64,000 bases of DNA from Alphaproteobacteria bacterium (GCA_965214705.1 CBDCCI010000001.1:350887-414886); one strand, 5' to 3'; positions 51,643-60,379 are shown, counted from the first letter of the stretch. A program made the numbers and translations. The notes: generated by a model not told the origin, from the letters alone.

Positions 51643-51930
51643 AGTCCCTGGGTATTCCCGGGCGTCAAGCCCGGCAGGCATATGACCTATTTGCACGACT
51701 CGTGGCGTCGCATTCTCGACCGGGCCGGGATCGAGAATCTGCGCATCCACGATCTTCGGCATTCCTACGCGAGTGGCGGTCTACTGGTCGGCGAAGGATT
51801 GCCGATGATCGGAAAGCTTCTGGGTCACAGCAAAGTGCAGACCACGGCCCGCTACGCTCATCTGGCCAACGATCCTCTGAAGGCTGCTGCCAACCGAATC
51901 GCGAGCCGAATCGCCGAAGTCGCGGGTTAA
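51643..51930 (+). pseudogene. P4-type tyrosine integrase, 3' part
   Basis: SPWVFPGVKPGRHMTYLHDSWRRILDRAGIENLRIHDLRHSYAS (HxxR) ... LGHSKVQTTARYAHL (catalytic Y). Joining 44942 to 51643 restores one 384-codon frame. Confidence 0.85.
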
Positions 51931-52328
51931 GAGCGTCCCCACTGTTGGTCGGCGCATGCGTGGAACGCTGAATGGAAGGCTAAGTCCCTGATATATTCTC
52001 GTACAGGAAGTCTGACTCCGACGTCGTAAAGCTGGATAGAACCGCTACGAGGGGTCGGCCGAGCAGCTTCCTCAAGAGCAGCGCCATTGTCGCGCAAAGC
52101 TTGGCAACCTGCGCTTTCAGTGCCTCGGTCCAAGCGTTCGACGTCTTCATGGTCTTGCAGAATCGGGCGTATTGCCTCCGCTCTCTCCCAGAACAGCCTT
52201 TCGCACTTTCGCCAACCCCGCAGTATTCGGTTGCCAAAGACGAAGGGGGATCGTCCGACGCTCGTAGCCAGCCCGGCTCGCATGCATTCTTGGACCGAAA
52301 TGGCCGAATATCACTGACCAGGACGCGA

Positions 52329-52745
52329 TTATCGATGTGCGAGCTCTCGAGTACCGAGTTTTCTCAACAGTCGGGCGCGTTTCCTCAGCCACCATCCGGC
52401 TTCGACCGGCCAAGCCTCGTGGTCGTCGTCGGCGGTGAGCTCTCGGGCAGCGTGAAGCGGCCAATTGGGGTCGTCGAGCAGCTCACGCGCGAGCGCCATC
52501 ATATCGGCTTTACCGGCAGCAAGCGCATCCTCGCAGAAACTCGCGTCCCACAAGTAACCCACGGTCATGGTTGGAACGTCCACAGCTTCACGAATGCGAG
52601 CCGCGAAAGGCACCTGAAAGCCCTGTTCGATCGTCATGCGGCGCGGGCGTTCCTTGCCCCCGATGCCGCCGCTCGAGCAGTCGATCATGTCTACGCCTTC
52701 CGCCAGGAGTGCCCTGGCGGTTTCGATCGTATCTCTTGAGTAACT
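52329..52745 (-). pseudogene. C-terminal fragment of an OYE-family NADH:flavin oxidoreductase
   Basis: ...SRDTIETARALLAEGVDMIDCSSGGI...FQVPFAARIREAVDVPTMTVGYL...GKADMMALARELLDDPNWPL, which is the typical OYE/YqjM C-terminal half. There is no N-terminal half upstream, where IS110 abuts. Confidence 0.75.
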
Positions 52746-52750
52746 TCTCT

Positions 52751-54175
52751 CTAAGCCGTTGACATAGAGGCATTTGTGTTTTTGTTGTCGTCGTCGATCT
52801 CGACCAGTTGGAAGCCGAGCTTCTTGGCCTGTCGACGGAGCGAAGAGAACTTTCGGTCCAGGCGTCGGCTCTCGTAGACCTCCATCCCCTTCTCGGCATA
52901 TTGCTGGCCGCGGGTCACCATCAGGTAGATCAGGCAGGCGAGTTCTCGGGCGGTGGCGACAACGGCTACGCTGGTGTCCATCCGGGCGAGGCGGCTGCGG
53001 TGCTTGGCGCCGATGAAGGTTTGGCTGGTGCGAGCGGTCATGGCCGCCATGCGCAGTGCCTGGCCAACGCGGTTGACCACCTTGGGCCCCCGGCCCGGCA
53101 ACGGTTTGCCGCCGCTGATCCTGGTCCCAGGCGCCAGCCCCAGCCAGGAACTGAAGTGCTGTGCGGAGGGAAAGGCGGAGAAGTCAGGACCGATCTCGGC
53201 GGCGATCACCAGGGCAGTGTTGACGCCGACGGTGGGGATTGCGGTGAGATCGACCCCCATCATCTTATGCAGCGCCATAGCCATGGCCTTATCCTGCCCG
53301 CGGAGCGCCCTGCCGCTGCTGCTTGGGGTCTCGTTCGACGCCGTGCCCGATGATCCGACACTGGGAGTGTCCTCGGGCGTACCCTCATCCGTCGGATCGT
53401 CCGGCGGGGTCAGGTGCTCAACCTCCGCCATGATCCGCGCCTCGCAGTCCGCGATCTGCTGCTCCAGAAAGTCGTAGCGCTGCATCGCCTGCTCAAGCGC
53501 GAACAGGTGCTCCTCGCGCCAAGTGCCCTCCAGGCTCGCGGCAATCGTGTCGGCGCTGGCCTTGATCCGCCTGTCGCGAAGCGACGCCAGCCGCCCGGGG
53601 TCGCGCTCGCCGGCGATGATCGCCCGCAGGATGCGCTCACCCGTCTTCCCCATGATATCGCTGATCACCGAGTCCAGACGCACGTTCATCTGGGTCAGCG
53701 CCTTCTGCATATGCAGCACGCAGCGAGAGCGGTCCTCGATCAACTGCTTCGCCTGGCGCATGAAGGAGCGCAACGGGCAGATCGCGTCGCCCGGCCGGAA
53801 GGCGCCGCGCAGAAGGCCGTAGGACATCAGCTGCCAGATCCACTGGCAGTCCAGCACATCGCTCTTGCGCCCGCCGATCTGCTTCGTCATCCGGGGCGGC
53901 ACAAGCATCACCTCGAAGCCGGCTCGATCCAGGACCTCGTAAACCGGGATCCAGTAGACCGAGGTCGACTCCATCGCCACCTTCGTCACACCGCACGACT
54001 TCAGCCACTCGGCCATCGCATCCAGGTCGCGCGTGAACGCGCCGAACTCCCTCACCGGTTCCTCGGCTCGCTCCGGATCCACCGCCACGAAGTGCCGGTC
54101 CTTGCCGATGTCGATCCCGGCGCAATTCGGGTGCACTACCTTGAGGCGCTGCCTCCTTCTCCGCTTGCGCGCCAT
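52751..54175 (-). CDS. IS110-family transposase/recombinase
   Basis: ATG at 54175 seven nt after GGAGG. VVHPNCAGIDIGKDRHFVAV, VAMESTSVYW and SDVLDCQW (DEDD-type N-domain). C-terminal LTAIPTVGVNTALVIAAEIG...FSSWLGLAPGTRISGGK block. Confidence 0.9.
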   Translation of the reverse strand: MARKRRRRQRLKVVHPNCAGIDIGKDRHFVAVDPERAEEPVREFGAFTRDLDAMAEWLKSCGVTKVAMESTSVYWIPVYEVLDRAGFEVMLVPPRMTKQIGGRKSDVLDCQWIWQLMSYGLLRGAFRPGDAICPLRSFMRQAKQLIEDRSRCVLHMQKALTQMNVRLDSVISDIMGKTGERILRAIIAGERDPGRLASLRDRRIKASADTIAASLEGTWREEHLFALEQAMQRYDFLEQQIADCEARIMAEVEHLTPPDDPTDEGTPEDTPSVGSSGTASNETPSSSGRALRGQDKAMAMALHKMMGVDLTAIPTVGVNTALVIAAEIGPDFSAFPSAQHFSSWLGLAPGTRISGGKPLPGRGPKVVNRVGQALRMAAMTARTSQTFIGAKHRSRLARMDTSVAVVATARELACLIYLMVTRGQQYAEKGMEVYESRRLDRKFSSLRRQAKKLGFQLVEIDDDNKNTNASMSTA

Positions 54176-54418
54176 CGAGAGCCCTCCCAAACTCCGTTGA
54201 CGTTGCGGGTGGGGAGGAACCGCGGCGAAGTCTCAATCTCTTGAACGAGGTCACGGGCGAACCCGCGCCATCAGTGACAGAAGCCGATCACGGTTCGGGC
54301 CAAGCTTCCAAACGGGTGCCCTCGCACGCCACTGAAGGGACGGCCTCGTCTGCCCTACCCGCTACCACTTCACGCTTCAACCGTCGAAGACTCAACCCCA
54401 GTCGAAGACTCTACCCCC
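54176..54418 (-). ncRNA. candidate bridge (guide) RNA region in the IS110 5' leader
   Basis: The non-coding leader contains a tandem GAGTCTTCGAC x2 and a CGGG-UUCG-CCCG hairpin. A 9-mer (54236-54244) is identical to the DNA just outside the element's other end (52731-52739). An 8-mer (54194-54201) is identical to the element's 3' end (52756-52763). Function is inferred by analogy with characterised IS110 elements. Confidence 0.3.
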
Positions 54419-54428
54419 AGTTACTTCA

Positions 54429-54514
54429 GCGACTGAGCCGCTGCGCCGCAGTGGTGGTGGCTTCCAACTGGATGCCGCCGTCGAGCCAATCGGTGGCCGA
54501 TAGTCGGAACACCA
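54429..54514 (-). pseudogene. short continuation of the N-terminal OYE fragment (between IS1634 copy 1 and IS110)
   Basis: Reads (PLV)FRLSATDWLDGGIQLEATTTAAQRLSR* when joined to 58117 after removing IS1634, the IS5-like element and one ACCA repeat. Confidence 0.6.
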
Positions 54515-56610
54515 CCCATCTTTGCCACTTTTCGGTCCCGAAGGCCTGATTTTGGGTAGCCTTTGGGATCTAAGGCACTGATTTTGTTGGATTGTGTTTT
54601 GGGAAGTCCATTGTAGTGCCATAATCTTTGGTCTGTGGGCCGGCGCTCCTTGACAGTCCGCAAACTGTCCGTGACCCTGCCGCCATGTTCATTCGCAAAA
54701 CCCTCACCGGTCGCGGAGACGGTGGCGAGCGCTATGCCACCTACCGCCTCGTGCGCAGCGAACGCATCGGCGGAAGGGTGCGCCAGGTCACGCTCCTCAA
54801 TCTCGGCGCCGACTTCGGTGTGCCCGAGGAGCAATGGCGCGAATTGGCGCTTCTGATCGAAACCCTTCTCGCCGGCAGCGAGCCGCTGCTGGAGCCGGAT
54901 GCCGCCTTGCGCCCCGTCGCCGAGGACGTCGTACGGCGGCTTCACGCCCGCGATCTCGGCGCGTCGCGGCCCGGGGACGAGAGCGACCTGGCCACGGTCC
55001 GTCTCGATAGCCTCTCCCACGAACAGGTCCGCTCGGTGGGCTGCGAGCGCCTGGCTCTCGCCGCGCTTGACGACCTTCGCTTCATCGAGACGCTGGAGAG
55101 GCTGGGCGCAAGTGAGCGCGACGCACGCATCGCGGCGGCACTGGTGGTCGCGCGCATGATCCATCCCTCCAGCGAGCGCGAGGCCTTCCGCTGGCTGAGC
55201 GCGAACAGCGCGACCCTGGAGTTGCTCGATGTCGACAGCGGCAAGTCGCTCACGCTCAGCAAGCTCTACCGCATCGGCGACCTCTTGTGGCGTCACCGCG
55301 CGGCGCTTGAAGAGGCGCTGTGCGCCCGGGAGCGCGATCTCTTCGGCATCCCCGACACCATCGTCTTCTTCGACCTGACCAACACCCATATGACCGGACG
55401 GCCCAGCTCCGCGCTGGCCCGCTTCGGGCGCTCGAAGCAGAGGCGTGACGATTGTCCGATCGTGACCCTGGCCCTGTCGCTGAACCAGGCCGGCTTTCCG
55501 CAGCACAGCGAGATCCTGCCCGGCAACATCTCCGAGCCGGCCACTCTCGCCGACGCCATCGGGCGGCTGGAATGCCAAGCGCGCGGCAGCAACGCCCCCA
55601 GGCCCACGGTCATCATGGACGCCGGCATCTCCACCGAGGCCAACCTCGCCTGGCTGCGGGCGGGCGGCTATCACTGGATCACCGTTCGCCGCGGCGTCTC
55701 GGCGCCGCCCGGGCGCGAAGCCGATGCCGCCTTCGAAACCCGGGCCGGCCACGATGCCCGCGCCTGGCGTCTCGCGGCAGGGGACGACGAAGCGCACCTG
55801 TGCGTCTGGAGCCATGAGCGCCAGCAGAAGGACGAGGCCGTGCTCGCCCGTCAGCGTCACAACTTCGAGGACGCCCTGCGCGCCCTGCATGGCGGGCTGT
55901 CGAAGAAGAACCACATCAAGCAGTTCACCAAGGTGATGGAGAAGCTGGGCCGGCTGAAGGAAAGGTACAGGCGCGTCCACCGTCAGTACGACATCGAGGT
56001 CGAGCCCGGAGAGAAGGGGCGGGCCAGTGCGGTCCGCTGGAGGCGCAACGCTCTCCATGCCGAGCGCGACCGCCAAGCGGGCATCTATGTGCTGCGCACC
56101 AGCCACGTCGAGTGGGATCTTGAAACCGTGGTCCGAACCTACTGGAAGCTCACAGAGCTCGAGGCCACCTTCCGCAGCCTGAAATCCGAAATCGGCCTGC
56201 GCCCGGTCTGGCACTCCAAGACCTCGCGCATCGCCGCCCACCTGTTCATCGCCGTCCTCGCCTACCACGCGGTTCATCTGCTGCGAACCCGTCTGGCGGC
56301 GCACGGCTTGCATGACCGCTGGAGTACGATCCGCGACAAGCTCGCGGGCTGGGTGCGTCTCACCTCCACCATCCGGGAGGTGGACGGAAACCGCATCGTC
56401 ATCCGCCAGGATGCTCAACCCGACGCCGAGGCGCGCGTCATCGCGCAGGCGGCGGGCCTCACGGTGGATCCCCACAGGCGCCGGGCCGTGCTCCCGGGAG
56501 TGTCGCGATGAGCGCACAAACGTAGTGCCATAATCCCAGATGGGCCAGAAAATCAGCCCATCATCGCAACTACTTAGGTCGCAGGCGCGCGCCAAAATGG
56601 CAAAGATGGG
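54515..56610 (+). mobile_element. IS1634-family insertion sequence, copy 1 (2,096 bp)
   Basis: Ends CCCATCTTTGCCACTTTT... and ...AAAATGGCAAAGATGGG form an imperfect inverted repeat. 4-bp ACCA direct repeat at 54511-54514 and 58117-58120. Its last base or bases are displaced by the IS5-like insertion. Confidence 0.85.
54685..56511 (+). CDS. IS1634-family (IS4-related DDE) transposase
   Basis: ATG at 54685 (MFIRKTLTGR...). FFDLTNTHMTG, RSKQRRDDCPIVTLALSLNQAGFP, VIMDAGISTEANLAWL, YWKLTELEATFRSLKSEIGLRPVWH. Confidence 0.9.
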   Translation: MFIRKTLTGRGDGGERYATYRLVRSERIGGRVRQVTLLNLGADFGVPEEQWRELALLIETLLAGSEPLLEPDAALRPVAEDVVRRLHARDLGASRPGDESDLATVRLDSLSHEQVRSVGCERLALAALDDLRFIETLERLGASERDARIAAALVVARMIHPSSEREAFRWLSANSATLELLDVDSGKSLTLSKLYRIGDLLWRHRAALEEALCARERDLFGIPDTIVFFDLTNTHMTGRPSSALARFGRSKQRRDDCPIVTLALSLNQAGFPQHSEILPGNISEPATLADAIGRLECQARGSNAPRPTVIMDAGISTEANLAWLRAGGYHWITVRRGVSAPPGREADAAFETRAGHDARAWRLAAGDDEAHLCVWSHERQQKDEAVLARQRHNFEDALRALHGGLSKKNHIKQFTKVMEKLGRLKERYRRVHRQYDIEVEPGEKGRASAVRWRRNALHAERDRQAGIYVLRTSHVEWDLETVVRTYWKLTELEATFRSLKSEIGLRPVWHSKTSRIAAHLFIAVLAYHAVHLLRTRLAAHGLHDRWSTIRDKLAGWVRLTSTIREVDGNRIVIRQDAQPDAEARVIAQAAGLTVDPHRRRAVLPGVSR

Positions 56611-58111
56611 AGCCACTTGCAAAACTCCCAGGCGCGGTCTGCTTTTCCCGAGAGCCCGGCGTGAGGACATTGACGGTCGGAACGTAACATGAACTTCGGG
56701 ACGAGCGGACGTCGCTGGCTGCCGCCGGGGCGCCGATTCGCCGCAAACCGATGCCCATGCGGGCGCATTTTGGACCCGCCGTCGCGATGCGGACATGGCT
56801 TTTTGCGCCTCCGCGGAGGGAGGCGTGCCGGCGTGACAGCGACGGAGGCGCCGCTCAGGCCAGGAGGCGCATCAGCTGGTCGACCGTCAGCACCAGGATG
56901 CCGAACATCAGGTGGCAATGAACCTTGGCATGGCCGCGCACGCGGACATGGCGGCCCCCGCAGTTGTCCTTCAGCCCACCGTTGATGCGCTCGATGTTCG
57001 AGCGCTCGTTGTAGCGCTCGTCCGCCGGGTGGCGGTGACCGACGCCTCTCTGCGCCCTGGCCTCGCGCGCCAGCTCCTCCTTGTACTCCTTGTCGCGAGG
57101 GTTGACGTCGATGATCGGGACGTGGCCCAGCAGGTAGCTGTGCCAGCCGATCTCGGGCGCGTCATAGGCTGAGTCCATGAGGTCGTACAGATTGGTGACG
57201 CGGTCGGCGGTCATACTCGCCAGCGGGATCGCGGCCTGGCTGTCGTGCAGCGAGGCGGACGTCAGGATGCAACTGATCGGAATGCCGCCATCGGCGGCGT
57301 CGATGTGCAGCTTGTAACCGATCCACGATGTGGTATGGCCCCTGGCGTTGCGCTTGGTGCCGACGTCGCAGGCTTTCGGCAGGTCGTCGAGCATCTGGGG
57401 CAAGCTCATCGTGAGCTGGCGTTTCACGCGGCGCTCCTCCTTGGGCCGCTCCTCGCCCTTGCGCGGGCGGCCGCGCTTGCGCTTCGGCTTCTCCGCCTTG
57501 GGCTTGGGCTGAGGCTTCTCGCGCGCCTCGATCGCCGTCGAGTCGCGCGAGACGTGCCCGACCAGATGGTCTCCGAGGGTCTGCTTGATCAGCGCCTCAT
57601 GCACGCGAGCGGGCAACGCACTCTCGGAGAACTCCGCAAACGCCCGCGAAAACGTCGCCTCGCTCGGGATCTCTGCGGCATAGGTCCAGCCGCAGAGACG
57701 GCGTAGCGTCTTGTCGTTCTCAAGGCGCTCGATCAGGGCGCGCGTCGTGGGTACGTCGAACACCGCCTTGGCGATGAAGGCGCGGGCCAAGGCCGCCCGA
57801 TCCTCGACCGGCCGACCGGGCAGGCCATGGAAATGGGGAAGGAAGCTCTCGACCCGCGCAAGCTCAAGCACGGTGACGAAGCGCCGGTACCTCTCGCCGA
57901 GCGGCCCGAGCTCCTCCTCAAGCCACGGGAAAAGATCCGCTTGAATGTGATGCCAGAATCCGGATAGTGTCTGTCCCAGCGACATGGGGCCGCCCTCTCC
58001 GTCGACGTTGTCCGAAACCCGACAGGAACAGAGAGCGGTCCCGATTTCCAGGACAATCTGACCGCCACGGCGGCAAAATCCCGCTCAAATGCGGAATTTT
58101 GCAAGTGGCTC
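56610..58111 (-). mobile_element. IS4/IS5-superfamily insertion sequence (1,502 bp) inserted into the terminus of IS1634 copy 1
   Basis: Terminal inverted repeats GAGCCACTTGCAAAA(C/T)TCC at both ends. 4-bp ATGG direct repeat at 56606-56609 and 58112-58115. Confidence 0.85.
56855..57985 (-). CDS. DDE transposase (DUF772 N-terminus + DDE_Tnp_1 type, IS5/IS4 superfamily)
   Basis: GRPVEDRAALARAFIAKAVFDVPTTRALIERL, VSRDSTAIEA, LYDLMDSAYDA, YNERSNIERINGGLKD. Confidence 0.9.
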   Translation of the reverse strand: MSLGQTLSGFWHHIQADLFPWLEEELGPLGERYRRFVTVLELARVESFLPHFHGLPGRPVEDRAALARAFIAKAVFDVPTTRALIERLENDKTLRRLCGWTYAAEIPSEATFSRAFAEFSESALPARVHEALIKQTLGDHLVGHVSRDSTAIEAREKPQPKPKAEKPKRKRGRPRKGEERPKEERRVKRQLTMSLPQMLDDLPKACDVGTKRNARGHTTSWIGYKLHIDAADGGIPISCILTSASLHDSQAAIPLASMTADRVTNLYDLMDSAYDAPEIGWHSYLLGHVPIIDVNPRDKEYKEELAREARAQRGVGHRHPADERYNERSNIERINGGLKDNCGGRHVRVRGHAKVHCHLMFGILVLTVDQLMRLLA

Positions 58112-58116
58112 ATGGG

Positions 58117-58814
58117 ACCAGAGGAAATTCGTCGGGCCAGTTCCTGCGGATCGATCTCGCAACCTCGACAGCAAGTCGTCGGCGATTCTCACTGCTGCCG
58201 CCCCACCGGTCCCTTCTTTGGTTGGAAATCGGCGACAGAAACTGATGAATCAGAAACCCATGAGCCGCATAGACCTCAAGCACCCTGAAGCCTGCGTCGC
58301 GGGAGCGCCGCGCGGCGTCGCCAAACGACCCTACGACCCGCTGCACGTCGTCGTCGGACATTTCTGCCGGCTCCGGCCAACCCTCGGAATAGGGCATGGG
58401 AGACGGTGCAATCGCGGTCCAAGGGGCTTCATTTCGCTCCGACAGATCCTCAGCATCGACCGGCGTTTCTCCATGCCAGGGCCGCCGTTCGGATGCCTTT
58501 CTGCCAGCATGACCGAGCTGGATTCCCGGCACTGCTCCTTCACGCGAGAGGAAACTGGTCACCGGTCTCAGGTAATCAATCTGTGTGTCGCACCAGACCC
58601 CTAGGTCACCATGCGTGCGTCTGCCGTCCTTCTCGACGGCAGTGGCCTCGACAAAAACGAGCCCGGCTCCTCCCAGCGCGAAGCGGCCAAGATGAACAAG
58701 GTGCCAGTCATTCGCCTCCCCGTCCTTGGCGCGATACTGGCTCATGGGCGAGACGGCGATGCGGTTCTTGAACGTGACGTCGCGCAGCTTGAAAGGGGAG
58801 AAGAGAACAGACAT
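58117..58814 (-). pseudogene. N-terminal fragment of an OYE-family NADH:flavin oxidoreductase
   Basis: MSVLFSPFKLRDVTFKNRIAVSPMSQY..., IQLGHAGRKAS, VYAAHGFLIHQFLSPISNQRRDRWGGSSENR. The frame is cut after ...DEFPLV by the IS1634 and IS5-like insertions. Confidence 0.85.
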
Positions 58815-59086
58815 TACGATGGGACCATACTCGATGGGTTACCGTCAGACAGTCCGCACAACGTGGAGACGGTGCGGACGAAAGAGGCGCCGGATCGGCC
58901 GCCGCTAGCGGATACAAGCCAAAGCCGGCGGGAGCTGGACAGGTTATGCTGCGGCACTCACACTGTCAGGCCCCCCGCGGTTCTAACTTACTGATATAGA
59001 GTTGCTTTTCTCCCTCCTGAGTTGGCCGGAGAAAACGGAATCGGTTCGTGTCTTCGCCCAGGCCGCAGCAGCAGGAGGGCAAATCT

Positions 59087-59650
59087 ATGACAGCGCTTCG
59101 TCTCAACCAAGCCTGGATTGATGCGTTCAAGCCCCACAAGTCGGCCTACGACGTTCGCGACCGAGACCTCAAGGGCTTTGGTGCAAGGGTCCTGCCCTCG
59201 GATGCCAAGCGATACTTCAACCATAGCCAGCACAACTACCGGTGGGTCTGGAAGATCATCGGTCGAGCCCGAACCACGGGCATGGACTCGTGGTTCGGCG
59301 TCACCTTCTATCTGGACGAGCGGGCCATCCGTCACACGTTGCAAACCATCGCGGCGAAGATGGCCCCCGGTTCCGCGGTGATGTTCGACTACCTCTCCTA
59401 CCTTGTACACACGCCCGCTCCCTGGCGCGGCCTGCAGCAACGCTGCGCGGACTTCACGGCACGGCGGGGAGAGCCCTGGTTATCCAGTTTCGATCCTGTG
59501 GAGATGACCGTGTTTCTCGAGGGCTTCGGCTATTCGGACATCGCCAACCTGGAACCGGACGAGATCGGCTGTCGGTACTTTTCCCGGCATCCCGAACTGG
59601 TCTATCCCCCCTTCGTGGGTTTCTGCCACGCGGCCACGCCGGCGAGCTGA
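59087..59650 (+). pseudogene. chimeric ORF: integrase arm-binding N-terminus fused to the C-terminal part of a class I SAM-dependent (LCMT-like) methyltransferase
   Basis: ATG at 59087 after GGAGGG. MTALRLNQAWIDAFKPHKSAYDVRDRDLKGFGARVLPSDAKRYF is DUF4102-like. From about 59280, FGVTFYLDERAIRHTLQTIAAKMAPGSAVMFDY...PWLSSFDP is methyltransferase-like. Confidence 0.6.
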
Positions 59651-59902
59651 GGCCGTGCGGTGCTGGCTCTCAACTCTCCATGCAGGGACTGCGGAGGTAG
59701 CGCACGTCTGGGACGGCGAAGAGGTGAATGTGACGAGCGCCTGCCCGGAGACGGCATCGCACCTCCTTGTAATGCTGCGGCTCGAGCGCTCGCGAAGTCG
59801 CCGGGGTAGCAGCGTCGGATACCGGTTGCGGCCTGCTTCCCCGATGTGGGGTTCGAGAGGATCATCCCAACTGCGATGGCGAACCCGCCGATGTCGGCAT
59901 TG

Positions 59903-60379
59903 TCACGAGCGAATCATCGCCGCCCGCATCTCTTTCCACCGGCGCGGGACGAGCTCCGAGGTCGTCGACCCAGCCGCTCCTGATAGTCGACGACCTCGGA
60001 GCTCGTCCCGCTGTCGTTGGGCGAGAGCCCGGTCGATTTCCACCTCGTCGAAGCCGCTTCGCCGGGCCATGACGTATTGATCTGCGAGGATGTGGCCTGT
60101 CGCACGCAGCCGACCCCGGTAGCCCAGCAGCCGCAAATGGCGAGCCAGCGAGAAGCCTCGACCGTCCATGTGCGATGGGAAGGTAATGCGAATGAGGGCG
60201 ATGCGCTCGAAGAGGGGCACGATGTCTTCGGCCGGCGCGGTGTTCTCGACGTCGAGCGTGGCCCGGTCAGGCAGAGCGGAATGGTCGTCCTCCCCTCTCC
60301 ACCGGACAAATTCGCCGCGCCAGTCGTCGTCCTGAAACCCGCAGTCGCGGACGAGAATCCCGGGGCTTCCGCGTCCCAT
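59903..60379 (-). CDS. DUF934-family protein (sulfite-reductase-associated)
   Basis: ATG at 60379 after GGAGG. LIRITFPSHMDGRGFSLARHLRLLGYRGRLRATGHILADQYVMARRSGFDEVEI matches the DUF934 core. The C-terminal about 40 codons run through a perfect palindrome and may not be native. Confidence 0.7.
   Translation of the reverse strand: MGRGSPGILVRDCGFQDDDWRGEFVRWRGEDDHSALPDRATLDVENTAPAEDIVPLFERIALIRITFPSHMDGRGFSLARHLRLLGYRGRLRATGHILADQYVMARRSGFDEVEIDRALAQRQRDELRGRRLSGAAGSTTSELVPRRWKEMRAAMIRS
59944..60011. repeat. 68-bp perfect palindrome (26-nt arms, 16-nt spacer)
   Basis: GCGGGACGAGCTCCGAGGTCGTCGAC-CCAGCCGCTCCTGATA-GTCGACGACCTCGGAGCTCGTCCCGC, inside the 3' end of the DUF934 ORF. Confidence 0.95.

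Larger units (their letters stand above)
52748..54427 (-). mobile_element. IS110-family insertion sequence (about 1.68 kb)
   Basis: Bounded by the near-identical 9-mers AGTAACTTC (52739-52747) and AGTTACTTC (54419-54427, plus-strand reading). Contains a DEDD/Tnp_20-type recombinase ORF and a 243-nt 5' leader. No inverted repeats, as expected for the family. Confidence 0.7.

Noticed and set aside
51927-52283. 118-aa minus-strand ORF between the integrase end and the OYE fragment. The segment WERAEAIRPILQ faintly recalls the N-terminal region of Mu/TniA-type transposases.
   Set aside because: The resemblance is limited to a dozen residues. There is no HTH or DDE region and no convincing RBS. 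At most it is a degraded remnant and is not reportable as a gene.
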